Assembly: GCA_030018905.1 (NCBI GenBank) | Contig: JASEHJ010000001.1 | Coordinates: 1 to 61,686 of the forward strand | Reading direction: 5' to 3' | Length of the DNA: 61,686 bases | Origin: a bacterium | GTDB taxonomy: Bacteria; Sysuimicrobiota; Sysuimicrobiia; Sysuimicrobiales; Humicultoraceae | Part shown: piece by piece, positions 17,069-26,207 of the stretch | How the letters are laid out: each line of letters begins with the position of its first letter | How positions within the stretch are numbered: position 1 is the stretch's first letter | The notes under the pieces: generated by a model | Databases searched by the model: none | Told to the model about the DNA's origin: nothing | What the model saw: the letters and a program-made list of their open reading frames with translations, nothing else | Translations under genes and position numbers: made by a program

Positions 17069-18000
17069 TGGACCGGTTGCTCTATCGCGAAGGAGGCAGC
17101 GGCTTCTCCCACCAGGTCGGCCAGCGCCTCGATCAGGAGCGGGCTATCGTTGAGCGACGCCACACGCACCAGGCGCAGGCCCGCGGACGCGGCCAGTGCG
17201 CGGCACTCGATGTCAATGTCGTAGAGTACCTCCAGGTGGTCGGAGACGAAGCCCACCGGGCAGACCACCACGGCCTGCGCCCCGCCGCCAAGTCCACGCA
17301 GCACCTCGCGGATGTCCGGCCCCAGCCAGGGCTCCGCGGTGCGGCCGGCGCTCTGGTAGGCCAGAATCCACTCCTGGATGCCGGACCGGTCTGCGATTCC
17401 CTGGCAGGTGCGGTGCAACTCTTCGGTATACGGATCCCCACCGGCGAGGGCCTGCTTGGGCAGGCTGTGGGCCGTGAAGACCACGGGAGCAGTCCTGCGC
17501 ACCCCCTCCGGAAGGGTTGCCAGCGCGTCCCCCAGGCGGCCTGCCACCGCGTCCAGGAAGCGCGGATGCTCGCCCCACCTCTCCACGTACCGCAGCGACA
17601 GCGCCAGCGTCCTCTCACGCGCCGCCTCGGCCGCCGCGATGTATGCGCCGGCGCCCAGGCGCGAGTAGTGCGGCGCCAAGGCCAGTCCCACGCCCGCGGT
17701 GATCCCGTCGGCGGCCATGGCGGCGACGGTCTCTGCGATGAACGGCGGGGAGTGCCGCATTCCGGCATAGACGCGGAAACGCCCGGGCGTGTCACCATCG
17801 AGGCGGGCCTGCAGGGCGGCGGCCTGTCGCCGCGTGATCTCCGGCAGCGGAGAGCGCCCGCCGATCGCGCGGTAGCGCTCCCCAAGCTCGCGCAGCATCT
17901 CGGGCGACGGCGGCCTGCCTCTCCGGACACTTGTGTAGAAGCCTTCCAGGTCCTCGGGGCCAGAAGGGCTGCCGTAGGCCATCAGCAGAACCCCTATCAT
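17065..18000 (-). CDS. hemH: Ferrochelatase (likely coproporphyrin ferrochelatase CpfC)
   Basis: MIGVLLMAYGSP start, FTAHSLP, and CPVGFVSDHLEVLYDID motifs. ATGA overlap with the hemE stop. Confidence 0.9.
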   Translation of the reverse strand: MIGVLLMAYGSPSGPEDLEGFYTSVRRGRPPSPEMLRELGERYRAIGGRSPLPEITRRQAAALQARLDGDTPGRFRVYAGMRHSPPFIAETVAAMAADGITAGVGLALAPHYSRLGAGAYIAAAEAARERTLALSLRYVERWGEHPRFLDAVAGRLGDALATLPEGVRRTAPVVFTAHSLPKQALAGGDPYTEELHRTCQGIADRSGIQEWILAYQSAGRTAEPWLGPDIREVLRGLGGGAQAVVVCPVGFVSDHLEVLYDIDIECRALAASAGLRLVRVASLNDSPLLIEALADLVGEAAASFAIEQPVQ

Positions 18001-19031
18001 GGGCGCCTGGGTGCGGCCTGGGTGTGCTCGTGGACCAGTTCGACAAGTCGCCGCAGATGATCCGGCGGCGTCTGCGGCAGGACGCCGTGGCCAAGGTTGA
18101 AGATGTGGCCGGGCCGCGCGGCCGACTCGCTCAGGATCTCGCGCGCGGCCGCCGCGGCGACCTCAAACGGTGCCAGGAGAGTCGCCGGGTCCAGGTTTCC
18201 CTGGATTCCGGCGTCGCCGATCCGTGCCCACGCGTCGGACAGACGGATGCGCCAGTCCACGCCGATGACGTCGCCCCCGGCCCGCGCCATCAGGGGCAGC
18301 AGGCCTGCGGTGCCGGTGCCGAAATGGATTACCGGTACGTTCAGCGCGACCAGCGCACCGAACAGCCGCTGCATGTGCGGCATGACCGCGGTCTCGTAGT
18401 CGCGCGGCGCCAGCGCGCCCACCCACGAGTCGAAGAGCTGCACGGCCCCTGCACCCGCGGCCACCTGGGCCTGCAGGTACGCGATCGTCGCGTCGGTCAG
18501 GCGGTGCATGAGCCGGTGCCAGACCGCGGGCGCGCCGTGGAGCATCTCCTTGGTGTGCGGCAGGTCTCGCGAGCCGCGGCCCTCGATCAAGTAGCTGGCC
18601 ACGGTGAACGGCGCGCCGGCGAATCCGATCAGCGGCACGCGGATCTCCCCCCGTATGAGCCTGATCGCCTCCAGCACGAATGACAGATCGAGCTCTGGCT
18701 CAAGGGGGCGCAGCGCGTCCACCTGTGCCTCCGTGCGGACCGGCGTGCCTATCACCGGTCCCGTGCCCTCGACGATGTCGAACGGCACGCCCAGGCCGAT
18801 CAGGGGAAGCATGATGTCTGCGAACAGGATCGCCGCGTCCACGCCCAACTGCTCCACCGGCAACAGCGTTACCTGGGCGCACAGCTCCGGCGTGCGGCAC
18901 AACTCAAGCATGGAGTGGCGTGCCCGGAGCGCCCGGTATTCCCTCTGGTAGCGGCCGGCCTGGCGCATGAACCACACCGGGGTACAATCGGTGGGCTCGC
19001 GGCGGCAGGCACGCAGGAACCGATCGTTCAT
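17997..19031 (-). CDS. hemE: Uroporphyrinogen decarboxylase
   Basis: MNDRFLRACRREPTDCTPVWFMRQAGRYQREYR is canonical. ATG 19031 forms ATGA with the radical-SAM stop. The track start 19049 is an alternative. Confidence 0.9.
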   Translation of the reverse strand: MNDRFLRACRREPTDCTPVWFMRQAGRYQREYRALRARHSMLELCRTPELCAQVTLLPVEQLGVDAAILFADIMLPLIGLGVPFDIVEGTGPVIGTPVRTEAQVDALRPLEPELDLSFVLEAIRLIRGEIRVPLIGFAGAPFTVASYLIEGRGSRDLPHTKEMLHGAPAVWHRLMHRLTDATIAYLQAQVAAGAGAVQLFDSWVGALAPRDYETAVMPHMQRLFGALVALNVPVIHFGTGTAGLLPLMARAGGDVIGVDWRIRLSDAWARIGDAGIQGNLDPATLLAPFEVAAAAAREILSESAARPGHIFNLGHGVLPQTPPDHLRRLVELVHEHTQAAPRRP

Positions 19032-20167
19032 GCGGGTTCGTAGGGGCACAAAGGGTCTTCGCCCAGGAAGTCACCAGTATGCGCGAAGGCGCGCGCCCTC
19101 GATCCCCCACAGATCGCCTTGAACTCGCAGCGGCCGCACCGGCCCCGCAGCCGCGAGGTGTCGCGCAGCGCGGTGAAGAGGGGGCTCGCGCGGTAGAGCT
19201 CAACCAGTGAGGCGGTCCTTACGTTCCCGGCAGCCAGCGGGAGGAATCCTGATGGCGCCACACCGCCGGTCCTTGAGATGAACAGAATGCCGTTGCCGTC
19301 ACGAATGCCGAACCCCCGCCCGATGCTGCTGTTGTGCACCCCGGCGCCGTCCAGCCCGGCGGAGTGCAGCCCGGCGGCGTGCATCCGCGCCAGCGCCACG
19401 CGCCGGAACTGAGGCGCCTCCGTGGTCTTGATCGCGAAAGGGGCCTGCTCGCTCAGTCCGTAGAGCCACTCCATCAGCCGCTCCGCGTCCCCGGCCGCTA
19501 TCTCGCGCAGCGCGGTCCCGCGCCCCACCGAGATCAGGAAGAAGAGACTCCACCGTTCGACGCGCATCGAGGTCAGCAGATCGTAGATTGCCGGCAGATC
19601 GCCCGCGGTCTCCTCGGTTGCGAGGGTGTTGACTTGGAGTGGGATCTCAGCCTCGGCAACCCACCTCGCGGCCTGCATGGTCATCTCGAAGCAGCCCGGC
19701 ACGCCACGGAACGCGTCGTGGCGATCGGAGGCGGAACCGTCGAGGCTCAGCGACATGCTCTGGACGCCACAGGCGCGCAGCCGGCGGACGGCCTCCTGGG
19801 TCAGGAGGGTTGTGCCGCTGGGCGCCAGCGAGACACCGATTCCCAGGCGACCGGCCTCCTCGAGCAGTTCGTACAGGTCGGCCCGCTTGAGGGGGTCACC
19901 GCCGGTGAACACCATGTGCGGCAGCGGATTGCCGAAAGCCAGCACCTGATGCAGCAGCGCGCCGGCTTCATCCGTACTCAGCTCGTCCGGGTCGCGGTCC
20001 ACCACTGCTTCCGCGCGGCAGTGGCGACAGGCAAGGTCGCAGGCCCGGGTGAGTTCCCAGTAGACGAGCATGGGCGCCCGGGCGTACACGTATCCGGATT
20101 GCGCCGCCCGTACCGCCTCGTACGACGGCTCAATTCCCCTGGGCCGGACGCGTGGGGGCGGCATCAT
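19028..20167 (-). CDS. Radical SAM / SPASM-domain protein, AhbD/NirJ-like (candidate O2-independent coproheme decarboxylase)
   Basis: CX3CX2C (C43-DLA-C47-RH-C50, WELTRACDLACRHC) and a C-terminal Cys cluster CGRCEFKAICGG...C typical of SPASM/twitch domains. It is embedded between hemL and hemE with ATGA overlaps on both sides. Confidence 0.6.
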   Translation of the reverse strand: MMPPPRVRPRGIEPSYEAVRAAQSGYVYARAPMLVYWELTRACDLACRHCRAEAVVDRDPDELSTDEAGALLHQVLAFGNPLPHMVFTGGDPLKRADLYELLEEAGRLGIGVSLAPSGTTLLTQEAVRRLRACGVQSMSLSLDGSASDRHDAFRGVPGCFEMTMQAARWVAEAEIPLQVNTLATEETAGDLPAIYDLLTSMRVERWSLFFLISVGRGTALREIAAGDAERLMEWLYGLSEQAPFAIKTTEAPQFRRVALARMHAAGLHSAGLDGAGVHNSSIGRGFGIRDGNGILFISRTGGVAPSGFLPLAAGNVRTASLVELYRASPLFTALRDTSRLRGRCGRCEFKAICGGSRARAFAHTGDFLGEDPLCPYEPA

Positions 20168-21480
20168 GTGGTTGCTTCCGCGAACGCGGCCCGCGCCGCC
20201 GCGACCGTGTGCGCGATGTCTTCCTCGGTGTGCGACGCCGATACGAACCAGGCCTCAAACTGCGAGGGCGGGAGCAGCACGCCCCGGGAGAGCATCCCCC
20301 GGAAGAACCGCGCGAACCGGGTCACATCCGCCGCCCGGGCGGCCTCGTAGTCGCGGGGCGGGTCTGTGGTGAAGAACACTGTCAGCAGCGAGGCCGCGCG
20401 CGTGACCGATGCCGAAACCCCGGCCTCGGCCGCCGCTTCGGTAAGCCCCTGGGCAAGGCGGGCGGTGAGGGCATCAAGCCTTTCGTAGAACGAAGGGTCT
20501 GTTAGGCGCCCCAGCGTCGCTGCCCCGGCCGCCATCGCCAGTGGGTTCCCAGAGAGGGTTCCTGCCTGGTACACCGGGCCCAGCGGCGCAACGGTCTCCA
20601 TAACCTCGCGCCGGCCGCCGTAGGCGCCAACAGGCAGTCCCCCGCCGATGATCTTGCCCAGACAGGTCAGATCGGGCTTGATCCCGTACCGTGCCTGCGC
20701 GCCTCCCCATCCAAGCCGGAAGCCGGTGATGACCTCGTCAAAGATGAGCAGCGCCCCCTCCCCTGAGGTGATGGCGCGCAGCCCGTCCAGGAACCCTGCC
20801 ACCGGTGGGACCACGCCCATGTTGGCCGCCACGGGTTCGATCATGACCGCGGCGATCGCCCCTGGGTTGGCCGCAAAGAGCGCCCGCACCGCGTCCAGGT
20901 CGTTGTACTGGGCTACCAGCGTGTCGGCGACCGCGGCTGCCGGCACCCCGGCGCTGCTGGGCAGCCCGAAGGTGGCCACCCCAGAACCCGCCTGCGCGAG
21001 CAGGGGGTCGGCGTGACCGTGGTAGCAGCCGGCGAACTTGACGATCTTGTCCCTTACGGTGAACCCACGGGCCGCGCGGATCGCGCTCATCGAGGCCTCG
21101 GTGCCGGAACTGACGAAGCGCATCCGTTCCATGGTCGGCACCGCGGCGCGGATCAGACGGGCCAGCTCGACCTCGCCGGGAGTGGGCATGCCGTAGCTGG
21201 TCCCCTCCGCGACCCGCTGCTGGATGGCCGCAACCACTTCCGGGTCGGCGTGTCCCAGGATCAGCGCTCCCCAAGAGCCGATATAGTCCAGGAACTCGCG
21301 GCCGTCGAGATCGGTCAGGCGTGCGCCGCGCGCGGAGCGTACCACGAGCGGGTCGCCTCCGACCGCGCGAAACGCCCGCACCGGGCTGTTCACGCCTCCC
21401 GGAAAGAAGCCCTCGGCTTCCTTGAAGAGGGCCGCGCCCCGAGGCCCTGCGGCTGTGAAATCGTCCATCCCAGACCTCAC
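20164..21480 (-). CDS. hemL: Glutamate-1-semialdehyde 2,1-aminomutase
   Basis: PGGVNSPVRAF and the class-III aminotransferase pattern (FDEVITGFR, LGKIIGGGLP). GTG 21480 overlaps the hemA stop. ATG 21468 is an alternative. Confidence 0.9.
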   Translation of the reverse strand: MRSGMDDFTAAGPRGAALFKEAEGFFPGGVNSPVRAFRAVGGDPLVVRSARGARLTDLDGREFLDYIGSWGALILGHADPEVVAAIQQRVAEGTSYGMPTPGEVELARLIRAAVPTMERMRFVSSGTEASMSAIRAARGFTVRDKIVKFAGCYHGHADPLLAQAGSGVATFGLPSSAGVPAAAVADTLVAQYNDLDAVRALFAANPGAIAAVMIEPVAANMGVVPPVAGFLDGLRAITSGEGALLIFDEVITGFRLGWGGAQARYGIKPDLTCLGKIIGGGLPVGAYGGRREVMETVAPLGPVYQAGTLSGNPLAMAAGAATLGRLTDPSFYERLDALTARLAQGLTEAAAEAGVSASVTRAASLLTVFFTTDPPRDYEAARAADVTRFARFFRGMLSRGVLLPPSQFEAWFVSASHTEEDIAHTVAAARAAFAEATT

Positions 21481-22745
21481 ACCTCTCCGGACCCCTCTGG
21501 GTCCACTGCCAGGTCAAACAGCTCGCCGGCTAGCTCCAGGGCGCGCGTGTCTTGGCGGGCGGCCGACCTGCGCAGTTGCACGATCGGCTTCTGGAGCAGC
21601 TTGCGCGCCACGGCTTCGGCGACCACGCGGACCGCCGCGTATTGCGCCTCGTCCAGGCCCTGCAGGCGCGCGCGCCCGCGCGCAAGCTCGCCTGCCACGA
21701 TGTTGTCCGCCCGATTGTGCAGCGCGGTGATCAGCGGCACCGCCATACGGGAGGCCATCCATTCCTCGAATCCTGCCAGGGCTGCCTCGACGATCTCCTC
21801 GGCTCGGGCCAGTTCCTCGGGAGGAACCTGCCCGGAGGCGATCTCGACGGGGAGTTGGTCAAGCACGTGAAGCGTGACTCCCGGTAACGAGGCCACCGCT
21901 GCATCCACGCCGCGGGGCATGCCCAGGTCAATCACCAGCAGGGGCTTGTCCCGGTCTTCGCCGATCATGGCCGGCGACACGAGCGGCGCATTGGCTCCCA
22001 CGCAGACCACCATTAGATCAACACCCGGGCCTGCTGCCGCGATCGCCTCAAGGGGGACCGCTTCGGCTCCGGCAAGCACGGCCAGCCCGCGGGCCGCATC
22101 CAGGGTGCGGTTGGCCACGGCCACTACCCGGGCTCCAGCCGCTACGAGGAGCTTGACGACGAGTCCGGCCACCTCTCCGGCTCCTACCACGAGCGCGGCC
22201 CGCCCGTTCAGCGAACCCAACGCGCGCTTGGCAAGGGACAACGCGGCCCGGGGAACCGAGGGCGCGCTGCGGGAGACGCCGGTCTCGCGGCGCACGCGGC
22301 GCCCGGTGGTGATGGAGAGCGCCATCAGCCGGTTAAGCACTGGTCCGGTGCTCCGGTCCAGACGCGCCAGGTCAAAGGCGCGCTTCACCTGCCCTAGTAT
22401 CTGCTGCTCGCCCAGCACCATCGAGTCCAGGCCGGCTGCCACGCGCATCACGTGCCGGGCGGCCGGTATCCCGCAGTGCTGGTAAAGCGAAGGAGCGAAC
22501 GCCTCGGGGGGCACGCCGCGGGCGGCGGCGAGCAACTCGGCCACCTCGGCCATCAGGGGTGCGCCGGGCGTAATCAGGTACACCTCGGTGCGGTTGCAGG
22601 TGGAAAGCATCATGCACTCGCGGATCCCCCCCCGTCCACGCAGCGTGCCGAGGACCGTAGGGAGATCCGCCTCGGCGAAGGCCATGCGCTCACGGATCTC
22701 GACGGGCGCAGTCTTGTGGCTGAGCCCGATTGCCGACAAGATCAT
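21477..22745 (-). CDS. hemA: Glutamyl-tRNA reductase
   Basis: MILSAIGLSHKTAPVEIRE..., STCNRTEVY catalytic Cys motif, and GAGEVAG NADPH fold. The track TTG at 22757 would overlap the hemB stop; ATG 22745 is preferred. Confidence 0.9.
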   Translation of the reverse strand: MILSAIGLSHKTAPVEIRERMAFAEADLPTVLGTLRGRGGIRECMMLSTCNRTEVYLITPGAPLMAEVAELLAAARGVPPEAFAPSLYQHCGIPAARHVMRVAAGLDSMVLGEQQILGQVKRAFDLARLDRSTGPVLNRLMALSITTGRRVRRETGVSRSAPSVPRAALSLAKRALGSLNGRAALVVGAGEVAGLVVKLLVAAGARVVAVANRTLDAARGLAVLAGAEAVPLEAIAAAGPGVDLMVVCVGANAPLVSPAMIGEDRDKPLLVIDLGMPRGVDAAVASLPGVTLHVLDQLPVEIASGQVPPEELARAEEIVEAALAGFEEWMASRMAVPLITALHNRADNIVAGELARGRARLQGLDEAQYAAVRVVAEAVARKLLQKPIVQLRRSAARQDTRALELAGELFDLAVDPEGSGEV

Positions 22746-22753
22746 CGGATGGT

Positions 22754-23758
22754 TCAACCCCCGTTACCCTCCGTCAACCAGCGCACGGCGTCGGCTGCGG
22801 CATAGGTGATGATGAGATCGGCCCCTGCGCGGCGTATGGCGGTCAGCACCTCGAGCGTCGCGCGGCGTTCCTCGACCCACCCAAGCTGCGCCGCCGCCCT
22901 GAGCATTGCGTACTCGCCACTGACGTGGTAGGCCGCGATCGGAAGATCCACTGCTTCCCGGGCTGCGCGTATCACGTCCAGGTACGCGTGGGCGGGTTTG
23001 ATCATGACGATGTCGGCGCCTTGCTCGGCGTCCAGCGCAACCTCGCGCAGGGCCTCGCGCACGTTGGCCGGATCCATCTGGTAGGTCCGCCGGTCGCCGA
23101 ACTGCGGGGACGACCCTGCCGCCTCGCGGAACGGGCCGTAGAGGGCCGAGGCGTACTTGGCGGCGTAGGCCATCACGCCTACCTGGCTGAAGCCGGACGC
23201 GTCGAGCGCCTCCCGGATGGCGGCGACCTGGCCGTCCATCATGGCGCTGGGTGCAACCACGTCAGCGCCGGATGCGGCGTGCGAGGCCGCGGTGCGGGCC
23301 AGCAGGCCGAGGGTGGCATCATTGTCCACCTGCTCACCCACGACGATCCCGCAGTGCCCGTGATCGGTGTAGGCGCACAGACAGACGTCGGTCATGATCA
23401 CGAGCGCGCGGTTCCCGCTGCGCAGCAGGCGCACTGCCTCCTGGACTATGCCGTCGTCGGCGTAGGCGCCGCTGCCATCCGCATCCTTCGCGTCGGGAAC
23501 GCCGAACAGCAGCACGGCCTGGATGCCGAGACTTGCCAGGCCGTCCACCTCGCGGACGAGCTCATCGGGAGAGAACCGCATCTGGCCCGGCAGGGAGGAG
23601 ATCGGCTCCCTGACGCGGCGGCCTGGACGGACAAACAGCGGCGCAACGAACATCTCCGGATGCAGGCGGGCCTCCCGGACGAGCCGGCGGAGCGCATCTG
23701 TGGTCCGCAGCCGGCGCGGACGCACCCGCAGATCAGCGCGGGGTATGATCTCTGACAT
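22754..23758 (-). CDS. hemB: Porphobilinogen synthase (ALA dehydratase)
   Basis: RPRRLRTTDALRRLVRE..., DVCLCAYTDHGHCG (Cys-rich Zn site), and the active-site Lys context IMIKPA. Confidence 0.9.
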   Translation of the reverse strand: MSEIIPRADLRVRPRRLRTTDALRRLVREARLHPEMFVAPLFVRPGRRVREPISSLPGQMRFSPDELVREVDGLASLGIQAVLLFGVPDAKDADGSGAYADDGIVQEAVRLLRSGNRALVIMTDVCLCAYTDHGHCGIVVGEQVDNDATLGLLARTAASHAASGADVVAPSAMMDGQVAAIREALDASGFSQVGVMAYAAKYASALYGPFREAAGSSPQFGDRRTYQMDPANVREALREVALDAEQGADIVMIKPAHAYLDVIRAAREAVDLPIAAYHVSGEYAMLRAAAQLGWVEERRATLEVLTAIRRAGADLIITYAAADAVRWLTEGNGG

Positions 23759-24563
23759 CTCTGTCTCCTTTGGTCCCGGCGAGCCGCCCGCCGCCGTGGG
23801 CGACCAGGGCGGCGATCAACCCATCCGTGGTGTGCTCCGAGGCGACGACGGTCGCCCCGAACCCCTCATCTGCGACCGCTGCAGCCGTGACCGGTCCGAT
23901 GCATCCTATCACCATTGCCCGGAGGCCGTCGCGCTCCTCTCCCAGCAACCTTACCAGGCCGCGGACGGTCGAGACGCTCGTGAAGAGCACGGTGTCCACA
24001 GCCCGCGATCCGATGAGCCGGCGCACTTCGATGCGGGACCCCTCCGGCGCCAGCACCGTTCTGTAGGCCGTCACCTCGTCAACGGTCGCGCCCCGCGCGA
24101 TCAGCGCCTCGCCCAGCGCAGGGCCGGCCGCGTCCGTGCGGGGCAGCAGGATCCTCAGGCCAGATACGTCATCCAGCGCCTCGGCGACCGCACCGGTGAG
24201 GAACCGTGGCGGCATCAAGGCGACCCGAACCCCGGCCTTCTGTAGGACCGCGGCGGTAGCCGGTCCTATCGCTGCCCAGCGCGGGCGGGTTCCTCCTGCG
24301 AGCTTGACTTCCAGAGCCCGGGCCCGAGCAAGGACCGCGCGCGCGCCGTTCGTGCTGGTGACCACAACCCAGTCGTACTGGTCAATCACCCGCAGGGCGG
24401 CGTCGAGCGATCCGCCCGGTCGCGGTCCGGCTATGGTGATCGTTGGAACCGCCACCGGCTGCGCTCCCAGCCGGCTCAGCCGCTCACACATCTGCCGACT
24501 CTGGCGGCGCGGTCGCGTGACCAGGATGCGCCGCCCCTCCAGCGGCAGCCCTTCTGCGCTCAC
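23733..24563 (-). CDS. hemD: Uroporphyrinogen-III synthase
   Basis: LEGRRILVTRPRRQS...GAQPVAVPTI HEM4-type repeat architecture, between hemC and hemB. GTG 24563 forms GTGA with the hemC stop. The track start 24764 over-extends into hemC. Confidence 0.8.
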   Translation of the reverse strand: MSAEGLPLEGRRILVTRPRRQSRQMCERLSRLGAQPVAVPTITIAGPRPGGSLDAALRVIDQYDWVVVTSTNGARAVLARARALEVKLAGGTRPRWAAIGPATAAVLQKAGVRVALMPPRFLTGAVAEALDDVSGLRILLPRTDAAGPALGEALIARGATVDEVTAYRTVLAPEGSRIEVRRLIGSRAVDTVLFTSVSTVRGLVRLLGEERDGLRAMVIGCIGPVTAAAVADEGFGATVVASEHTTDGLIAALVAHGGGRLAGTKGDRDVRDHTPR

Positions 24564-25468
24564 CGGACCGCCTCCGCCAAGAGTTCGCCCGCGCCCAGGT
24601 CCAAGAGCCTGGCTGCCAGTCGCCTGCCCAGTTCCGCTGGTTCCGTGGTGTCGCCCTCGGCTTGATCCCGCACGATGCGCCCTCCAGAAGGGTCCAGTAC
24701 CGCACCTTGGAGCAAGACGCGTGTCCCATCGGTGGTGGCCAGTGCCGCGATCGGGCGCTGGCATCCTCCACCCAGGGCAGCCAGGAAGGCCCGCTCCGCC
24801 TCCACCGCGGCCCGTGTCTGAGGGTGATCCACCACAGAAAGCCGCCCGCCGAGCCGGCTCTGGTCACAACGGCACTGGATCACCACCGCACCCTGGCCGA
24901 CCGCCGGGAGCATCACCGTGGGATCCAACCGCTCCGCGGCGCGATGGGCAAGGCCGAGCCGCTCCAGACCCGCCGCGGCGATCACCAGGGCGTCCACCCC
25001 GCCCGCCTCGAGCTTCCGGATCCGTGTGTCCACGTTGCCCCTGAGGTCGCGCACCACCAGAGACAGATGCGCGGCGAGCAGGAACGCCCGGCGCCGCGGG
25101 CTGCCGGTGCCCACAACGCTGCCAGGGGCAAGGGCGCGCAGCCCGATCCCGTCCCTCGTCACCAGCGCATCCCTGGGATCCTCGCGCGGCATGAACGCCG
25201 CCAGCATCAGGCCGGGCGTGGGTTCGCCAGGGAGGTCCTTGGCGCTGTGAACGGCTATGTCAACTCTCTCTGCGAGCAGCGCGGCCTCGATCTCGCGCAC
25301 GAACGCCCCCACGCCTAGTGACACCGCGGGCCGGTCGGGGTGCTGATCCCCCAGCGTTCGGATAGTGACCATCTCGCAATCCACGCCCCTGCCTTCCAGC
25401 GCCGCGGCTACAAGAGCGGTCTGCGCCGTCGCGAGCGCGCTGCCGCGCGTGCCGATCCGTAGTTTCAC
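24560..25468 (-). CDS. hemC: Hydroxymethylbilane synthase (porphobilinogen deaminase)
   Basis: VKLRIGTRGSALATAQ start, RGNVDTRIRKL, and a C-terminal cofactor Cys context (GGGCQRPIAA). GTG 25468 forms GTGA with the upstream regulator stop. Confidence 0.9.
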   Translation of the reverse strand: MKLRIGTRGSALATAQTALVAAALEGRGVDCEMVTIRTLGDQHPDRPAVSLGVGAFVREIEAALLAERVDIAVHSAKDLPGEPTPGLMLAAFMPREDPRDALVTRDGIGLRALAPGSVVGTGSPRRRAFLLAAHLSLVVRDLRGNVDTRIRKLEAGGVDALVIAAAGLERLGLAHRAAERLDPTVMLPAVGQGAVVIQCRCDQSRLGGRLSVVDHPQTRAAVEAERAFLAALGGGCQRPIAALATTDGTRVLLQGAVLDPSGGRIVRDQAEGDTTEPAELGRRLAARLLDLGAGELLAEAVR

Positions 25469-26124
25469 TGCAGGATCCGCTTTCGGTTGTCTCGATCTCC
25501 CGGGCGGATCTCCTCCCATGCGCGCAGCACGGACAGGAAAACCACGTCCAGGAGATCGCTTACGTCGACAAGCGTTCGAACCTGCTCCTCGTCCAGCATC
25601 CCACCGCGTCCCCTCGGCTTGGTGACCATTTCTAGCACGAGATGGCGGAAGAAACCGAAGGCTTCGGCGGCATCGACCGTTCCCAGGCCTGCCCTGCGGA
25701 GCTCACGGCCGTAATCGCGGCCCGCTTCCTCGAGCTGCCGGCGGATCGTCTTTCGGGACCGGGGATCGATGGCGAACCGGATCACCCCGTCGAACAGTTG
25801 CCGGCCGTGTTCGCGCGCCCGCGCGCGCAGCGGCTCGTCGAGCCCGGAGAACCACGGTCGCGCCGCCAGCACCTGCGCCGGCCTACGGGCCAGCAGCTTA
25901 GCGGAGCGGCGCTCCAACAGGTGCCCCAGATCCTCCACGCGGGGAATCTCACGGTGAATCAGGGCGTGCAGATCACCCTCCTGGAACCGCCTGTGACCGC
26001 CGGGAGTACGGAAGGTCCTTATCCTGCCGGTGTCGGCCCAGTGCCGCAGGGTCGCTTCATCCACTCCCAGGCGCGATGCGGCTTCACCAAGCGGCAACCA
26101 GCGTTCCGCGCGCTGCTTTCCCAT
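25465..26124 (-). CDS. MerR/excisionase-type HTH protein with all-alpha C-terminal domain (RsbR-N/globin-like guess), first gene of the heme operon
   Basis: WLPLGEAASRLGVDEATLRHWADTGRIRTFRTPGGHRRF is the excisionase/MerR-superfamily HTH. About 170 aa of helical sequence follow. ATG 26124 is preferred over the track GTG 26169. Confidence 0.6.
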   Translation of the reverse strand: MGKQRAERWLPLGEAASRLGVDEATLRHWADTGRIRTFRTPGGHRRFQEGDLHALIHREIPRVEDLGHLLERRSAKLLARRPAQVLAARPWFSGLDEPLRARAREHGRQLFDGVIRFAIDPRSRKTIRRQLEEAGRDYGRELRRAGLGTVDAAEAFGFFRHLVLEMVTKPRGRGGMLDEEQVRTLVDVSDLLDVVFLSVLRAWEEIRPGDRDNRKRILQ

Positions 26125-26167
26125 CTGGGTCCCCGCACCCTTTCTGTGCAAGCCTACGCAATCTTCC

Positions 26168-26185
26168 ACTAATCTACTAATCTAC
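26168..26185. repeat. Tandem 8-mer ACTAATCT x2.25 in an AT-rich patch of the divergent control region
   Basis: Read directly: ACTAATCT (26168-26175), ACTAATCT (26176-26183), AC. Confidence 0.85.
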
Positions 26186-26207
26186 AGGCTTCGGGGTCGT
26201 CTGGCCA
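26179..26207 (-). promoter_or_regulatory. Candidate promoter of the heme operon
   Basis: On the minus strand: TGGCCA (26207-26202), 17-nt spacer, TAGATT (26184-26179). A second TAGATT lies 8 nt downstream (26176-26171). Confidence 0.4.
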
